From Takakia lepidozioides (lineage: Eukaryota; Plantae; Bryophyta), in contig CM060734.1 of assembly GCA_030704615.1 (NCBI GenBank), positions 36,208,001 to 36,272,000 of the forward strand: a DNA stretch of 64,000 bases. Direction: 5' to 3'. The position numbers and the translations under genes are program-made. The notes under the pieces were generated by a model, which saw only the letters and a list, made by a program, of their open reading frames with translations, made no database searches and was not told the origin of the DNA. Shown here one piece after another: positions 1 to 13,849 of this stretch; position 1 is the stretch's first letter, and each line of letters opens with the position of its first letter.

Positions 1-3000
1 GATGTCAAGTTTAGATCTTGACACCTGATTTAATACTTGAACTAATTTCAAGTGTTAAATACAAATAACTAGATTTATTCTAGTTAAATTTACATTACGT
101 TTAATTTAACTTGGAAAGCGATGTAGTTGTATTGCGATATGTATGCGCACAACATTCCCTTCGGGAGGTATATATATATATATATATCTCATTGAAGTCA
201 ATCTCAAGCGTCGACGGGAGACCTGTTGTGTTTAACTAACTCCTTACGCGCTTTCACTGCTTTGGGTGGGTCTTTGTAGGGTTGTCGAAGGAAAGCAAGG
301 ACTAGCAACACAAGATTTAGAGAAAAAAAAACTTCTGATGAACTTCAACAATGAATCCAACGATGAACATTGTCCTCATCTACAGATCTGACACGTGGGT
401 TTTTAAGAAAAAATTGAATCACTATATTAGTAGTTAACAATTACTTTAGAATGAGAATTATTTTAATTTGAAAATAGGGTTTCATAATAATAATGTTGTT
501 CCCAGCTCTTCTAAGAGAAAATCGAGATGGAGCTGATCTGTCATAGATGTACGATTGCAAGATGTGAGACAAGGATTAGCAAAACTTCAACATGCTGTGG
601 AGTGGAACGGAGTGGAATTAAGGAGCAGAATGGAATGGAGGAGTGCAAGACTTGCATGATTATTAGCATTTCATTGATATTCTAATCTGAATGTAGTCTC
701 GTTCATCAATACTATTAGAGTTGTAGATAACATTATTCAATATATATTATTACTTGTTCAGTTGTGATTAATAATACTAGATAAATGTTCTAACTATATC
801 AGACAAGGCTCGCATGGCTCCCAAAACTTCCAAGCACACAAAGTACTGATAAAAATGCATACCACTGAAGGTCATAAATAGGGTGCGCAATCACTAAGCA
901 GACCTTTTAAGGTGCTTAATGCGCGCGCAGTTGCTAATGTGCGAAAAGTTCTACGTCCGCGAAAATGGCTGCATATTGCATATATGAACTCATGTCACCC
1001 ACCATTTTTTGGAAGTAAGGTGTTGATTCAGATATTTCATAACATGGCTCGCGTGATATTTGCCATAATGCGCACAATTTCCATTTATCTCCGATAGGCC
1101 ACGTGCAATATTTTGTCATACAACTGATGAACACCAACCTCCCGCTATAATGTAGGCAAGTGTGACATAAGCTCACTACAACACACTATGATTTTTAACA
1201 CCGTCGGTATTTTACTATGAGTTTCAATATATGTCACTTTTCACTATTTCTAGCACCAAGTAGTGAAATGTGCTAATATTAGTAAAAGAATTCACTGCAA
1301 CTATCAAACGCTTCACTACAAAGTTCTTTATTCTATCACCCTAAGTCAAACTCACAGTGACCTGCAACCTCGCAGACACCATTTAATGCGTTCAACCACC
1401 ACATTATCTGGTTCTTGATGCTACAGGAGTTAGCTTCACCATGGTCTAGGAAGATGGACTCACCTTTGCAGTGACTTTCAATGAACTCTACGTCCTCATT
1501 AGACCGGGGCCGGTGAGGGATCGCGACGAGGCCATCTAAATCACCCCGTGATCCGTACTAGCCGGGGCCACCAGCGCCTTAAAGACCCAATTATCTTTCA
1601 ACGATAAGTGTATTCATATTTATATGTAGTGATGCTCTTATGCACAAATCACATCAGGTATGAAATTTAATTTATTTACTTTATAATAATCCATAGATTT
1701 TTGGCAAGAACCCAAAAATAAAAACTAGATCTAGGTGGGTAGTTCTCCCAAAAATTACATCAAACAGGTTTCATGTGACCAAGATATGATCAAACAGACA
1801 TCACATGAATTAAATTTGATCATTATAAATTCTAAATGAAATGCATATTGCTGATGACACATTTCAAATGTACTCCCAGCCAGATATTGTGTTCATGCTG
1901 AAGGTCTCTTTTGATGATTCACAATTATCATACTGTCAAGTAATCGCAGACAAAAATACCAACACCTTTTTTACCATGTTTTGCACCTAACATGCTGTCA
2001 AGCTGGTCTTCTATTCAGAATGGAATACTATAGACATCATCATGCTATAAACCCTTATCCACGCGGGCATTGAAGTCACATAACAAGATTACATGACATT
2101 TGTCACAAAACTAAGCAGTCATTTTAAGAAACCCTTGACATCTTTGACAAACATGGATCCCTCAGTTGACATGTAGACATAGAATCTAGTCCTAGTCACA
2201 TTTTGTGTTCATACTGAAGCTCCCCTTTGATAATTTCACAATTATCACTGAAAAAATCGCAGACAAAGGTACCACCACAAATGTGGATAAGATTTGTTTG
2301 CAGAATTTGAATTTAGAGCCACGGCCTGAGGTATCTTGTTCTTGATTTAGCAATGCACCTGCTCAATCCACAAACAACTATTAGCTATCATCTGCTTGAT
2401 GCCCTGTTGGGCTACAATTTATGTCCAATCAGACAAACACAATTTCACTTAACAAAGAATCATAGAGATTGCATAATCAGCTCCACTTTGCATACCTCAA
2501 AACTGTGACATACAGTGGCCCCAGATTAGCAAGAAATAACAAGAAACAACAACACTCACCTAATCATCTTCCACTTCCAGGGATACAAGTACCGATTTGA
2601 TTCCACATAACACGTCTTCTGATAGCTTGTATACAATGTCATTTTCACTTGTCATGTACTATTTGGGAGGCATGAAGAACTTCACCGCACACATTAGATG
2701 TGTATGCATATAAACAACATGAGAATCCTTTAATAAAATGTAAGATAATTCACTCCTGCTCTATTTCTGATAGTAAAGACCAGCCACGACCTCATCTCAT
2801 TCAATGAAAGATGTTTCCAACTTATCTTTGAAAGTCTTTCTAATTCGATGAAATGGCCTTGTACAAGATATTATCCAGAATGTAACACCGTAGTATGATT
2901 TTGACCATAAACTCCTGAAATGACACAAAGTGCAAAAGGTTCAACACTTTAAAAGATTCAAGGTTCAAAAAGTTCAAAAGGTTGATAATTAGGTGCTGTG

Positions 3001-3700
3001 TGTTTGGCCGCGAGTAAGGACTGGGACTACAACGTTTTCATAAATTTTTTTAGTGCAAGAGACTTCCGATGCAACAGATCAATCAAGGAGACAAAACTAT
3101 GGGATTGATGGTCATCATCCAAATGTGGTTTTTTCCTATGAATTTGTTGTCAGTCGCCGCAACATATAAGCTAGGGATTTATAGATGTGGAATTGAAAGC
3201 TGGTAGCCGGACAGAGGTGTAGGGAAGGGGTGAAACTCAATCATGCATATGCGTGTTGACAATTCGTGTATGAGCCAGAGCTTGACACTAGCCCTAGAAA
3301 AACCTAAAAGGCTCATGCCTTTGCAAGTTCTTTTCTAATACAAGTGTGTTCATTATTCGATAGGATTAGGGACAACGTTGTAAAAGATTTTATCGAATGT
3401 TATAAGACCAGACTTGTGACCAAAGACTACTCGTAAAAAACTAGTACTGATTATGTACTACATTCATCCATCGCATCGCACACTTCAACACACTCTGGGA
3501 GTGAAATTTAAAATATAGATATACTGTAGCCATATGTCACGTCCGTCGCGTCAGGTTAGGTCTAACGCTGACGCAACTTGTGTCACGTTGGTTTTATCGA
3601 ATAATTTAGTTATGGTATAATTGATCACTTCATCCGCCACGCCGCATTATCAAAGACAGTTGACATGGTGGCTTCATAATGGTTTTTTTATAAATTACTC

Positions 3701-4319
3701 CGACTGCCAGTATTGGTGGTCGTTTTATTTGTTTTTATTTTTAAATATCTGCGACCGCCAGTATCGACGGTCGCAACATTTATAAAAAAACAAAAGCATA
3801 CGACCACCAATATTGGCGATCGTAGCATTTTATTTTACTTATAAATGTATGTGACCGTCAATATTGGCGGTCGTAATATTCTATTTTATTTATAAATACG
3901 TACGACTGTTAATATTGGCGGTCATAATATTTTATTTATTTATTTAGATGCGTACAATCACCAATACTAGTAGATGTAATTAATTATATTATTTTTATCT
4001 TTATTTTCGATTTATTTTATTTAAAAAAATTACAACCGTCAATACTGGCAGTTGTAGCAATTTTTTATTTTCTTAAAAATACTAGCGATCGCCAATATTG
4101 ACAGTCGTTTTTATTTTTCTATTTCAGATTTTTTGAAAAATCCTTGTGGACCGTGAACATCGACGGTCGCAATAATTTTTTTATTTTTTAAATATCTGCG
4201 ACCGCCAATATTAGCGGTCGTAGTATTTTAATTATTTTTAAAATGCCTCTGATTGCCCATCTTGGCGGTCACATGCATTAAAAATAAATAAATGTTGCGA
4301 TTGCCAATATTAGTGGTCT
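3701..4319. repeat. Array of 12 degenerate 22-bp palindromes (consensus CGACCGCCAATATTGGCGGTCG) separated by AT-rich spacers; probably subterminal repeats of a DNA transposon
   Basis: Units start at about 3701, 3752, 3801, 3852, 3903, 3955, 4033, 4086, 4148, 4199, 4250 and 4298. The period is mostly 48-53 bp and the consensus is its own reverse complement. Confidence 0.85.
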
Positions 4320-4499
4320 CATAGATATTTGATTTTTAGTTTTTTAATTACAATAAAATCTTATTCATGTGGTGAGTCCACCTGGGCCGCTATCTTGATA
4401 TCCACGATAAATACTTAATGATAAAGATGATAAATAAATGGTAACGTCCGATTTGGAACGTTATGTCCATATTTGTAACTAGGTTACCAACACCGGCAA

Positions 4500-5525
4500 G
4501 CCACAATCGTGATCATCTGCAATGTGAACAGACCAAATACCCATCTCAATAGGCTCTAGGGTCTTGAACAAATCTCGTCTATCTGCCATATGTTCAAATG
4601 TACCTCTATCCGCGTACCAAACTTTTATGTCTGATTGCTTAATTGATGCGGCAACAAAGACAATACTCTTACTATCAATAATATTCGCTTGACTTTTCTC
4701 TTAATCTTTTCGATCTTTTCTTTTGCTTCTATACTCTCTTGTCCAGACCTTTCTTTCCACACTTACTACAGCATGTGCTCATTTATGTGCTCAGAATTAT
4801 TTCTTCTGTCATTCCTATCACGGCCATAGATTCTCTCAATATCTTCGCCAAGAAGGCATCATCGTCATGTTCCTCTAATACATCTCTTATCTTACTAAAA
4901 AACTCTTCTTTAAGCAAACTAACTTAATCTCTGAATGGTCTGTTAATCACACATTATTCGAAGGGCCAATTATATGATATGAACTTGAAAATAGACTATA
5001 AATATAGTTGAATCAATTGTTGTCTTATCCATATCATTTAATTGTCGTGCCATGGTCTTAATCTTGCTAATGTGACTAGCTACGTCATCGAGACTGTATC
5101 TTAAACTCAAAGAATGTTGTTGCAACACATATTGCTTGTTCTTCGATGTTAAATATAACTCATGAATACTAAATAGTAATCAGTCGGCTTCACATGTCAT
5201 GGGCGGTTTTATAACTGATAAGTCTCTACATGTGCTTCTTATCAGTTGAAGTACATCTTTGCAACATTGTTCTTAGTGTTCCACTCTTGTTCAATTCATT
5301 TAGCTATCGTTGCTACTCTAGTGTCTGATCCATCAAGTACCCCTAAAAGTACCTTAGCTTCTAAAACTTCCACAATATCTGAAAGTTTTTCCCATGGAAG
5401 CGCGTATTAATGTGTGAAAGATTTTTTACGTCTGCTCTAGTTCCCATTGATTTGTGTGTATGCAACTAATATATTTAATTTAGCTAAGTGTGTGTAGCCA
5501 GTATAGATATGGGCCCATAATATGA
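4500..5525 (-). mobile_element. Degenerate Ty1/Copia gag-protease remnant
   Basis: The minus strand at about 4619-4510 reads WYADRGTFEHMADRRDLFKTLEPIEMG, matching the Copia protease W..DSGAS.HM motif. A gag-like DDVASHISKIKT lies near 5055-5090. TTATGGGCCCA on the minus strand at about 5510-5520 resembles a half-tRNA-Met PBS. Many stops. Confidence 0.65.
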
Positions 5526-6292
5526 TGAAACGAACGATGAATACAATGAATTGTGTATATTATTGCAACTATAAGAGAGCAACTAATACTACAAAGCAAG
5601 GCTACGATGTTCAAACCAAAAGAATGTTAGACGGGCACAATCGTAACTTTTAAGGCTAGACGAAATGGATCTAGTTACAAGCGTAAAGCTCGTGAGAAAA
5701 AGACACACTCACAAATGTGATCACTAAGTCCTAATAGGGGTGGTGCAATCGCAGTCATAAGCCAAGCAATCTATCTACCAAGAAAATGATGTACCATATT
5801 TTAATGTAGCAATTTTAATAGTATTTAAAAGTTAATTTATTTTTTTCTTAATTCATGTAGGGTCACCATAATAATCTTTGGGATTGGTGAGGTCGACCTC
5901 ATTTTGTCTGAGAAAATTACATATAAAATTTAAAAAATTATAAAATTTTGTCAAATAAATAATTTCAAATAAAAAAAATTAAATGATTATATATTAAAAA
6001 TATATATATATATAACGCCAGCTGGAGGTAGCGTAAATAAGAGCCTCTTCCACCATAACAAAGTTAAAGATATGTTGGATATCAACAATTACAGTCAATT
6101 ATTATTATTATTATTTTCTTTTAAGACTCAGATCAACCTTAATGTGGGGGTACGTAAAGCCTTTCGAGTCATTGGGAGAGGTTTGGGCAATCCTACTACC
6201 CTCGTTATGACCGTTAAAAAGTGATCATCTTGCAAACAGAAAGCAAACCAAATTTGTGAAGTGGCACATAAATTACGTCTGCTTTGGGACAA

Positions 6293-6450
6293 CCAGCATG
6301 TAGCAAAGTGGTAATGAGCACATACCACGTAGGATGTGGTTGTGGTTCAAACCACGGTCTGGTGTGTCATGAAGGTATCCACCTTCCTAGCGGAAGGCAG
6401 TAGCCCTTCGGGATGAAGTGACTCCATAAGTTATGCTTCCTTCGGGAGGG
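6293..6450 (+). mobile_element. tRNA-derived SINE, family 2
   Basis: A-box-like TAGCAAAGTGG and B-box GGTTCAAACC. About 95 bp are homologous to 51900-51995 on the opposite strand. The CCTTCGGGAGG 3' motif also occurs at about 158-169. Confidence 0.6.
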
Positions 6451-6910
6451 CACATCATACATTTTTTATTTTTTTTTATTTTTTTTCTGCTTTGGCAAGA
6501 GTCTTTTTCCTCCATCTATATCTATATATAACACCTCCTTTGAAAAAAGGCAATAAGGTAACTGCATGGCGAAATGACTCTTAGTTACGTCGACTTTGGC
6601 CAAAGTCTTTTCTCTCTTTATATGACACCATTTGTCTTCCACTCAGATTGGGCACAAGGTCACTAGCCACAAGACTACGGCAAACAACGTCTTGTATAAA
6701 TATATTATATATATATAACATATTTTTGCTGCTTACGCTATTGCTGCAAACAAACTACATTATTTTTTCATTGTGATCTAAACTTACTTTATTTGGTTTA
6801 TCCATGGTTGAAATTTGTTATTTATCTGTAATTAGTGATAATAACTTACAAGATATTCTCGCGCATATAACTACTACAAAATTAAATGATTAATTTTTTT
6901 GTGGAAACTA

Positions 6911-7755
6911 CCCTATTGACCTAGCTTCTTAGGCAATAATTAATTCATAATCAAATGCCTAATTAAATTTAGAACATTTTTGGAATGTGCCTAAAACTTG
7001 GAAAATTTTCCTGAGAAGTGCTTAATTGCTCGAAAATTGTGAAAAACACCAAAATGTCTAGATATGTGGAAAAAATGCCTAAATTGTATTACTTAAAGTC
7101 CAAAAAAATGGCAAAAATACCTGCAATTTATAATTCATGTCCACACAACTTCCAAAGGGCCCTACATTGATGCAACTACATCTTCATAATTCTCATCACC
7201 TACCTCATATGAATCTTCTGAATTTGAGAGAATGTTAAGATCGGGAACATCATCATCCTGGATACGCATGTTTGCAAGACATTGGCTCATGCTCTTGATG
7301 ACACTTCCATCAAGGTAGACATCAGGAACATCCTCCATGACAAGATCTCCTTACTTGGGTGTCTCCAGCCATTCTTTTATCAATTATATATTTTTTTAAA
7401 GAAAATTATCTCAACAATAATTTATGAGGATTATCTCAGCAATTATTTTTGACCTCCCTAAAAAACTATTGTTGAAGTAATTTTCTCTTAAAAAAACATA
7501 ATGGTCTTGAAAATAGATATTACCTCAATTTTCAAGACCATTATGTTTTTTTCAGAGAAAATTACCTCAACAATAGTTTTTGAGGGAGGTAAAAAACAAT
7601 TGTTCATTATTATCCAGGGTCGACTGTAATACATGCCTATTATTTGGAAATTACCTAGGTGAGGTGCCTAAATAATAAAAACGAATCTGGCTAATAATAT
7701 TTTATTTTTATTAATTATTAGGCACGGAAGTGCCTAATAAGCTAGGTCAGTACGG
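6911..7755. mobile_element. Non-autonomous TIR element flanked by TA (Tc1/mariner-pogo-like), with an internal foldback
   Basis: Left end CCCTATTGACCTAGCTTCTTAGGCA vs reverse complement of right end CCGTACTGACCTAGCTTATTAGGCA (22/25). TA on both sides (6909-6910, 7756-7757). No ORF. Confidence 0.65.
7440..7602. repeat. ~75-bp-stem inverted repeat (foldback hairpin)
   Basis: 7440-7514 is the reverse complement of 7528-7602 at roughly 90% identity (e.g. CATAATGGTCTTGAAAAT / ATTTTCAAGACCATTATG). Confidence 0.85.
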
Positions 7756-9726
7756 TAGTTGATTAATCTCGTATGGATTTAACCCCGAAAGGACCACGCG
7801 ACCCATTTTGGGCCTCAACATGCCATTCAATCTCCTCTAGCGCCCTTCGATCTTTAAAACCAAATCGGGCCCACAAAATAAGTTATCTGCGGCTTGCAAT
7901 TAAGCACAAATTTGTCTTGATTTGCTCTTGGGCCTACCACGGTGCCTATGTGTGAGATCAAAGCCCAAGCACTAAGCATTGGAAGGAAGTAGATGATGTG
8001 TAGGTGATTCATGGTGCACAGACATGCTTGACTATCTAGTATGGCCTCCCACTAAATGACGATGTGACAAATTGATTTTTACTAGTTTATCTTGAAAGGG
8101 TGCTGACCCTGTTGTTCAAATTAAGGCTAGTACGATACCTGCCAAAGAAGTATGGCTTTCCAAATCAGGCCATTAATTACATTTAGTTAGTGGGTTTTAG
8201 CCCGCTTTTAGCCAAAATTTTGTATTTTGACTATTTCTGATTTAATTTTTTTTAGAGAGATGGTAGGAAAATTTGGCAGTTGTGCCATAGTTGGGCATGG
8301 CTTTTTGCTTTTAGCAAAGGTGGCTATTGCATGGCAAAAATATGAAAAGTCAGCAAAATTGTTCAAAGCTCACTTGCCCATCCCCATTGTGTAGAAAGGA
8401 GGTACCATCAAATTTGTTTCTTTTCAGCTGAAATTTTGCAAAGATATGCAGCTTCGCTCAATTATACATTGGAGTCTATTCGTTTTCTGTTTCCATATGA
8501 AAAACAAGCCTCAAATAGCAATGAGCTCTCTTCTTTTGGCAAAACATAGAGGGGAGGTGAGAGTAAGGGGCATGACTCAGCACAACACACCAATCGGAGC
8601 CTTGACACGGTGTAAGGTCCTTTGACCACATTTTCTCCATTGACTTCAACATGTTGCAAATTCTCTCTTCTGCAGAAGAGAGCCAAAAATTCCATGATTT
8701 GTTTTTCCATACAAACTTTGAGGAAGACAAGTTGGACCATTGATTTCAACATTGGCCCAAGATCAAACTTTATAATTTTAGAGATCCAATCGTGGATTTT
8801 GTTTTTTGTTTTGCATTGAATAAGGAAAGAAGGTGGGCATCCAATCGTGGACAGGCTTGGATTGTTCCCAATATGGAGATATGGTACCTACAAGGGGGTT
8901 TGGTCTACAAGGCCATTTTCCACACAATCCCCCCCCCCCCACTGCCGCCCCATCCCGCCTCTCCCCCCTCCCCCCTCCCCTTGTCATTTAAGGGTTTCTG
9001 CAGTGGGAAACAAACATGACACAAATGATATCTAAGTTATGTATGTAGAGATATATTCATGATATATCATCAGACATCTCAGAACTCATACTTTAGCCAT
9101 AGTTAGTCTAGTGACTTTGAGTGATTAATGATCTTGCCTATCGAAGCGAAAAAAAATATAATGTCTACTATCTTTTCATTTTGAAGGACTATTAGTCTTT
9201 TGTTGGGAAGACGGATACTTGACAACAGTCATTCAAACCTCCCCAAACGATTCAAAAAGTCCCAAGATGCTGGCCATACATTAATTGACCAGTCGATCTA
9301 AGTATCCCACTCTACAACTTATTGACTATTATGGGCTATATGATCAACATCCAAAGATGGCCTAGTGGTTAGCATACAAGGCCGCTTCACAAGTATTCAA
9401 AGATAGAGAGAAGACTCCAACCAAAGTTGACGTAACCGAGAGCCTTGCCCATTAGCTATTGGTCTTAATGGTTAGGTTGGACATCGTTGTTTTGAATTTG
9501 CATTTTGTTGGTTATTGTAGCTGTAAATAATCTGATTGCTGTGATGAATGTTAATTAGTTCGAATACATGTATATGTAATTTAAGATGATCACGAAGAGA
9601 ATTAATTATGTGGGTGTGAATGTCACCTTATAATCCAAAGACAACACCATAATTTAGGTTGAAGAGACCGGGAAGAGTCACCATAATTTTTTTGGTAGCA
9701 TTTTTTTTTGTTTTTGTTTAAAAAAA

Positions 9727-9942
9727 GGAAACCTGGGAGCGACTGCTCACAATTCAGACCATTGAGAAAGGGGAAAAATTCACCCCCTTTTAGATAAGCC
9801 ATTGGGCACACAAGACGGAAATGCGGTCATCCCTAGACCAACCGGTCACAAAACAAATCATACCCAAAGGACAAAGTAACAAAATATGAACCTTGAACCA
9901 CCACGGTGACGCAGAGTGCACATATCCAAGTGAGCTACCAGC
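9727..9942 (-). mobile_element. tRNA-derived SINE, family 1 (older copy)
   Basis: Homologous over its length to 55752-55961 and 56502-56679 (GGAAACCTGGGAGCGACTGCTCACAATTCAG...GAGCTACCAGC). A-rich tail on the minus strand. Confidence 0.75.
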
Positions 9943-11399
9943 CACAAATGTTTTTCTTTCCTTCTAGATATTATCTATTCTACGCCTATGTGGTCTCTAC
10001 ATATTGAGCTAGATTGTCATTGTAGGTTTTTTTTGTTTTGTTTTATTTTTATGTACGTTGAGATCTCCCAAACCGCAAGGCCTGTGCCCAGGTTCTTGAT
10101 ATCGCTGGAAAGCCCTTGATATATAGGGGTGCATCAAGGCAGTCTCATAATTTTTGGACCTGCGATGTCGGAGATTTTGAATTTCAAGTTTTTTATATTC
10201 TTGGAAATTCATGTTTGGGTTTTTCTGGAATATAAAACACCGTACAACATGTGCTCAACGCCTACAGAGGCCACACTACGTAGTGCATTTTTTCACTCCC
10301 AAAAACTAATACCCCTTAAAAATAATGTGAGGCTAGTCAAGTATCAACATTCATCCACAATAATGGACCTTCCTTACCTTTACACCATCCCCCCAAATTT
10401 GAGGAATTTTCACCATTGATTTTGGTAGATTACATTTTTGTTTTGGTAAAATTACAGAAAAAACAGTGTTTGGAAAGTATTTTCCTTGCTTTGACCAAGG
10501 GCTTTTTGAATTTTCCATAATGTCTACCCCAAATTTTCATAATCTATAGTACAAATGCCAAGTGCATGCCAAATTTCACATGAAACGAAGATTTATTGCG
10601 TAGGCTGCTTTGTATGTGTTTTTGTGAGGGTTGACATAACCATCCATAAACAAGCATATTCAGACCCCTCCAAAAACCATTACAAATCCTTTTGGTCAGG
10701 GACAAACTTACATTACCCCTAAGACGGTAGTACCCAAATTTTCAGTAGGATGTATTTGAGAATATCGGAATTCAAATAGGGCGATGCGTGGCCCAATCAG
10801 GGTTGGCCACGCCGCCAGTCAACTCCCCTCTACCCAACGGTTTCTGACTTATGGCGGCCTTATGGAAATCTTGAGACTGCCAAGCTGGGCCAAGAGACTG
10901 GAACGCACATGATTTTTTTTTTGGTGCACCCTGCAATGCGTGCTCCAGATGGCATGCAATAAATTCAAGCAGGTCTACCACCAAAGTCCAGCGGGAAGTG
11001 GACCCTGCATGTGCGGAGTGACGTGGCGAGATTTCACTGGCGCCCCTTTTTGGCCGCCATCGCATTAAATAGTTGCAGACCCCTCACACGTGCTGGCGGT
11101 ATGCCACTGCACGGACAATCCAGCAGACGGGATGAGTGGGACTATCGTCAGTCTGCCGTCGTCGCATTCATCAAGTCCAACAGACTTACTCCTGATGATA
11201 GATTCATCCGAAGAGTGTTACCGGGTCGCACAAGAAGTCCCCTTCCCACCAATGGGCTACTACTTCCAGCTTCCTACCCATTTATTTTAGAGAAGACTAG
11301 CAACATTGTAAGATCTCAATGGAAAAGTGCAATCTTTGACAACACGATATGTTGTTTTCGGATTTGTCAAATCTTCTCAACCCGTGTCCAGAGTGATAC

Positions 11400-11700
11400 A
11401 AAATGGGGTGACACTAGAGTGAATGCATTCTCTGGTGCACGCAGGGCCAACGGTCCTGACGTAGTACTGTTTGGCGTTGCACACGGACATGCACGTTGGG
11501 GCTGCGTTGCAATAGGCACACTTGAACGTTCCTGGAGGAGGAACTCTTCCTTAGGACAAAATGGGGTCGTCGAATTGCCAATCCAGTCTGTCTCATTCCG
11601 GGTGCTTTTGCTCGTGTAGTGGTAACAGAAGGGAGTGTCTGTCCCGAGGTGACGACAACGTACATCAAGATGTTGCAATTGCCTTGCCACGGATAGACCA
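11400..11700 (-). mobile_element. Frameshifted Cys/His-rich remnant resembling the WRKY/GCM1-type zinc finger of Mutator-like transposases
   Basis: Joining frames gives ...RNETDWIG...F.../PPPGTFKCAYCNAAPTCMSVCNAKQYYV...TRECIH. The family assignment is pattern recognition only. Confidence 0.3.
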
Positions 11701-13849
11701 CTTGGTCACTCCATTAGCATTCTAAAATATTTAATGGTGAGGCCAAGGTAAGAGGGGTCCAGCAGTCCAAGTATGTCCAGCAGCAAATAGTCTAGATCAC
11801 AGAAAAGCCCACTGGACCACCTCTTGTAAAGATAGCTTTTTGAGGGTCACATGGCACTCCTAAGAAAAAAAAACACTTGTACCTCTGAATCTGCAGACCC
11901 ACCAATGGGCTGCTCTGTCTCCATTTGTCGACGTCGACCAAGCTTGTCCTTCCTCCCTCCTTGGCTCCCTCCATCTCACAGTACTCTTTTTGCTTTCTCT
12001 TTTCTCGCTTTTATACCAAACAAAGGTCCCATGGACCCAACGGTGGTGACTGGTGACGCTTCATCACACCACATCTTGTAGGTAAGTTGGGGGATGACCG
12101 AGAATAAGGTCATGCTTGACAAGACACTTTGAGCCATGTTGTGGTAGCCCTCCGGGTTGAAGTGACACCATAATTTAGGCTTGCTTCGACAAGGGTCGAC
12201 CTTTTACCTTATATCCTTTATTATTATTTTAATTTGGCAGGTTGTGCATTTGGGGCACATGTTGGTAGATTGTGCATTTTCATCACATGTATGCGGACCA
12301 ATATTTGTAGGTTGGGCATTTGCGCTGCAATGAGCAATGATATTGATCCCAGTCTAATATGTGGAATGTATATATATAGAGCTGTGTATCTTGGTTGGCA
12401 TGTGCACGCCCCCCAACACGACCCACACTCATCCCTCCCTCACCACTGAAGTCCGTGAACTCAAGAGGATGATGATGAGAAGGTGGTAGGTATCTATTTT
12501 GTTTTTCCTGCATGGGCCCGCCCCGGCCCCAACTATTGGCCTTCAAATGGATTCGAATCCATCCCATCTCATTGTCCTTAGAAACTGGGAACAGCAGCTA
12601 ATGAAACCTGGACAACTGTCTTGTAACAATTCAGGGACAGCCCCGGCCATGCAGGCGCATTCCTTCTTGTGATGTGGCTTTTGGAGAGCTGTAGGGACCC
12701 AGAAATTTGTGGCCCCGAAAAGCAGGTTTCCGTGGGCAACGTTATGCGTGAGGGCTTGTGAGGGTGCGACAGCAGCAGAATTTGTTGGGTACAAAAACGA
12801 TGGCTGACGGTGTGAAAGAGTCCGATGTCCTGACTTGGGTCTTTGGGAAAGCTTGTTCGAAAGCAGAGCACGCACCTACACGTACTTGAAGAGTGGTGGG
12901 GAGCTTCGCATGTAACTAGCGAATACTGATTACTTCATGCTGTAATGATTGTCACAGTGTTGGATTGTAGTGAAGGATCGACATTTTGTCACGAGACCGT
13001 CTTGCAGGGCGAGATTCCTCAACAAGCTAAGTAGTGCTCAAGGGTGTCGCAGTTGAAATGTGCTGGCGCACTCATGTGGATGCAGAAAGCGCACAATAAT
13101 GTTGTACTAACAAAGGACGCAAAAGGACCATAGCTTGGTGCTCGCTTGTGGACACGTAGACGACAAGGTTGTGTGGGTCCCGGGCTGGCCCAATATTATT
13201 GGCTCCCTTTTGTTTTTGGGGATTTGTAGCTTCTGTAGCGTTTTTTGGAATCTTCAATTACTAGCATTTGTCTAGCAAAGCTCGCAAGCAACTGATCTGG
13301 ATTAAAGCGTCTTACTGCCTGGAGAAGGAGTTGCTTAGATGGAGTGTTGATTCAAGTGAGTCTAAGGGATTCAAGGGATTCAAATGTGCCTCGGGATCTA
13401 AGGGATTCAAATGTGGAGCAACTCGGGGGAGTTGAGAAAGTCTGGCCTGGAACTTAACATTCCTTTTATTCTTCCCCCAACTTTGTACAACTGACTATTC
13501 AAACTTGGACGAGAGACAGCTGTTGCAGAGGCTGGAAGTGTAAGTCTCTCCTAAGTTACTTGATCGCTGAATATTCATGTAACTGCACAAAGTACTTGTA
13601 GGTCTTCCCCTACTCCAATATATACCCTGCAGGCCTGCCCCTACTTCTCGATCTCTGCAGTTCCTCGCTCGGAACTAGTCCCTCTTCAAGATTGCATTCT
13701 GTCGGAGCCTCCTCCATCTGACTAGCGGCAGGCAGATAATTTGAAGTACAGAGTTCTAGCAGAGACACGTGGAAACATACTCCCTGTGAAATTGACCGAC
13801 TTCTACACTAAATCTTGAAAGTCCATAGAGTCCTGTGAGGAGGGGATAC

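Noticed and set aside
3701-4319. Bona fide CRISPR array
   Set aside because: Eukaryotic context, no cas genes, repeats too degenerate, and spacers low-complexity and variable in length.
1174-4374. Complete CACTA element
   Set aside because: Ends only loosely complementary, no 3-bp TSD and no transposase motif I could confidently read; kept only as a hypothesis for the palindrome array.
8928-8980. C-rich tract (G-quadruplex potential on the minus strand)
   Set aside because: Simple low-complexity run in repeat DNA with no associated gene.
11011-11619. 202-aa plus-strand ORF
   Set aside because: No recognisable motifs; probably the antisense shadow of a decayed transposon coding region.
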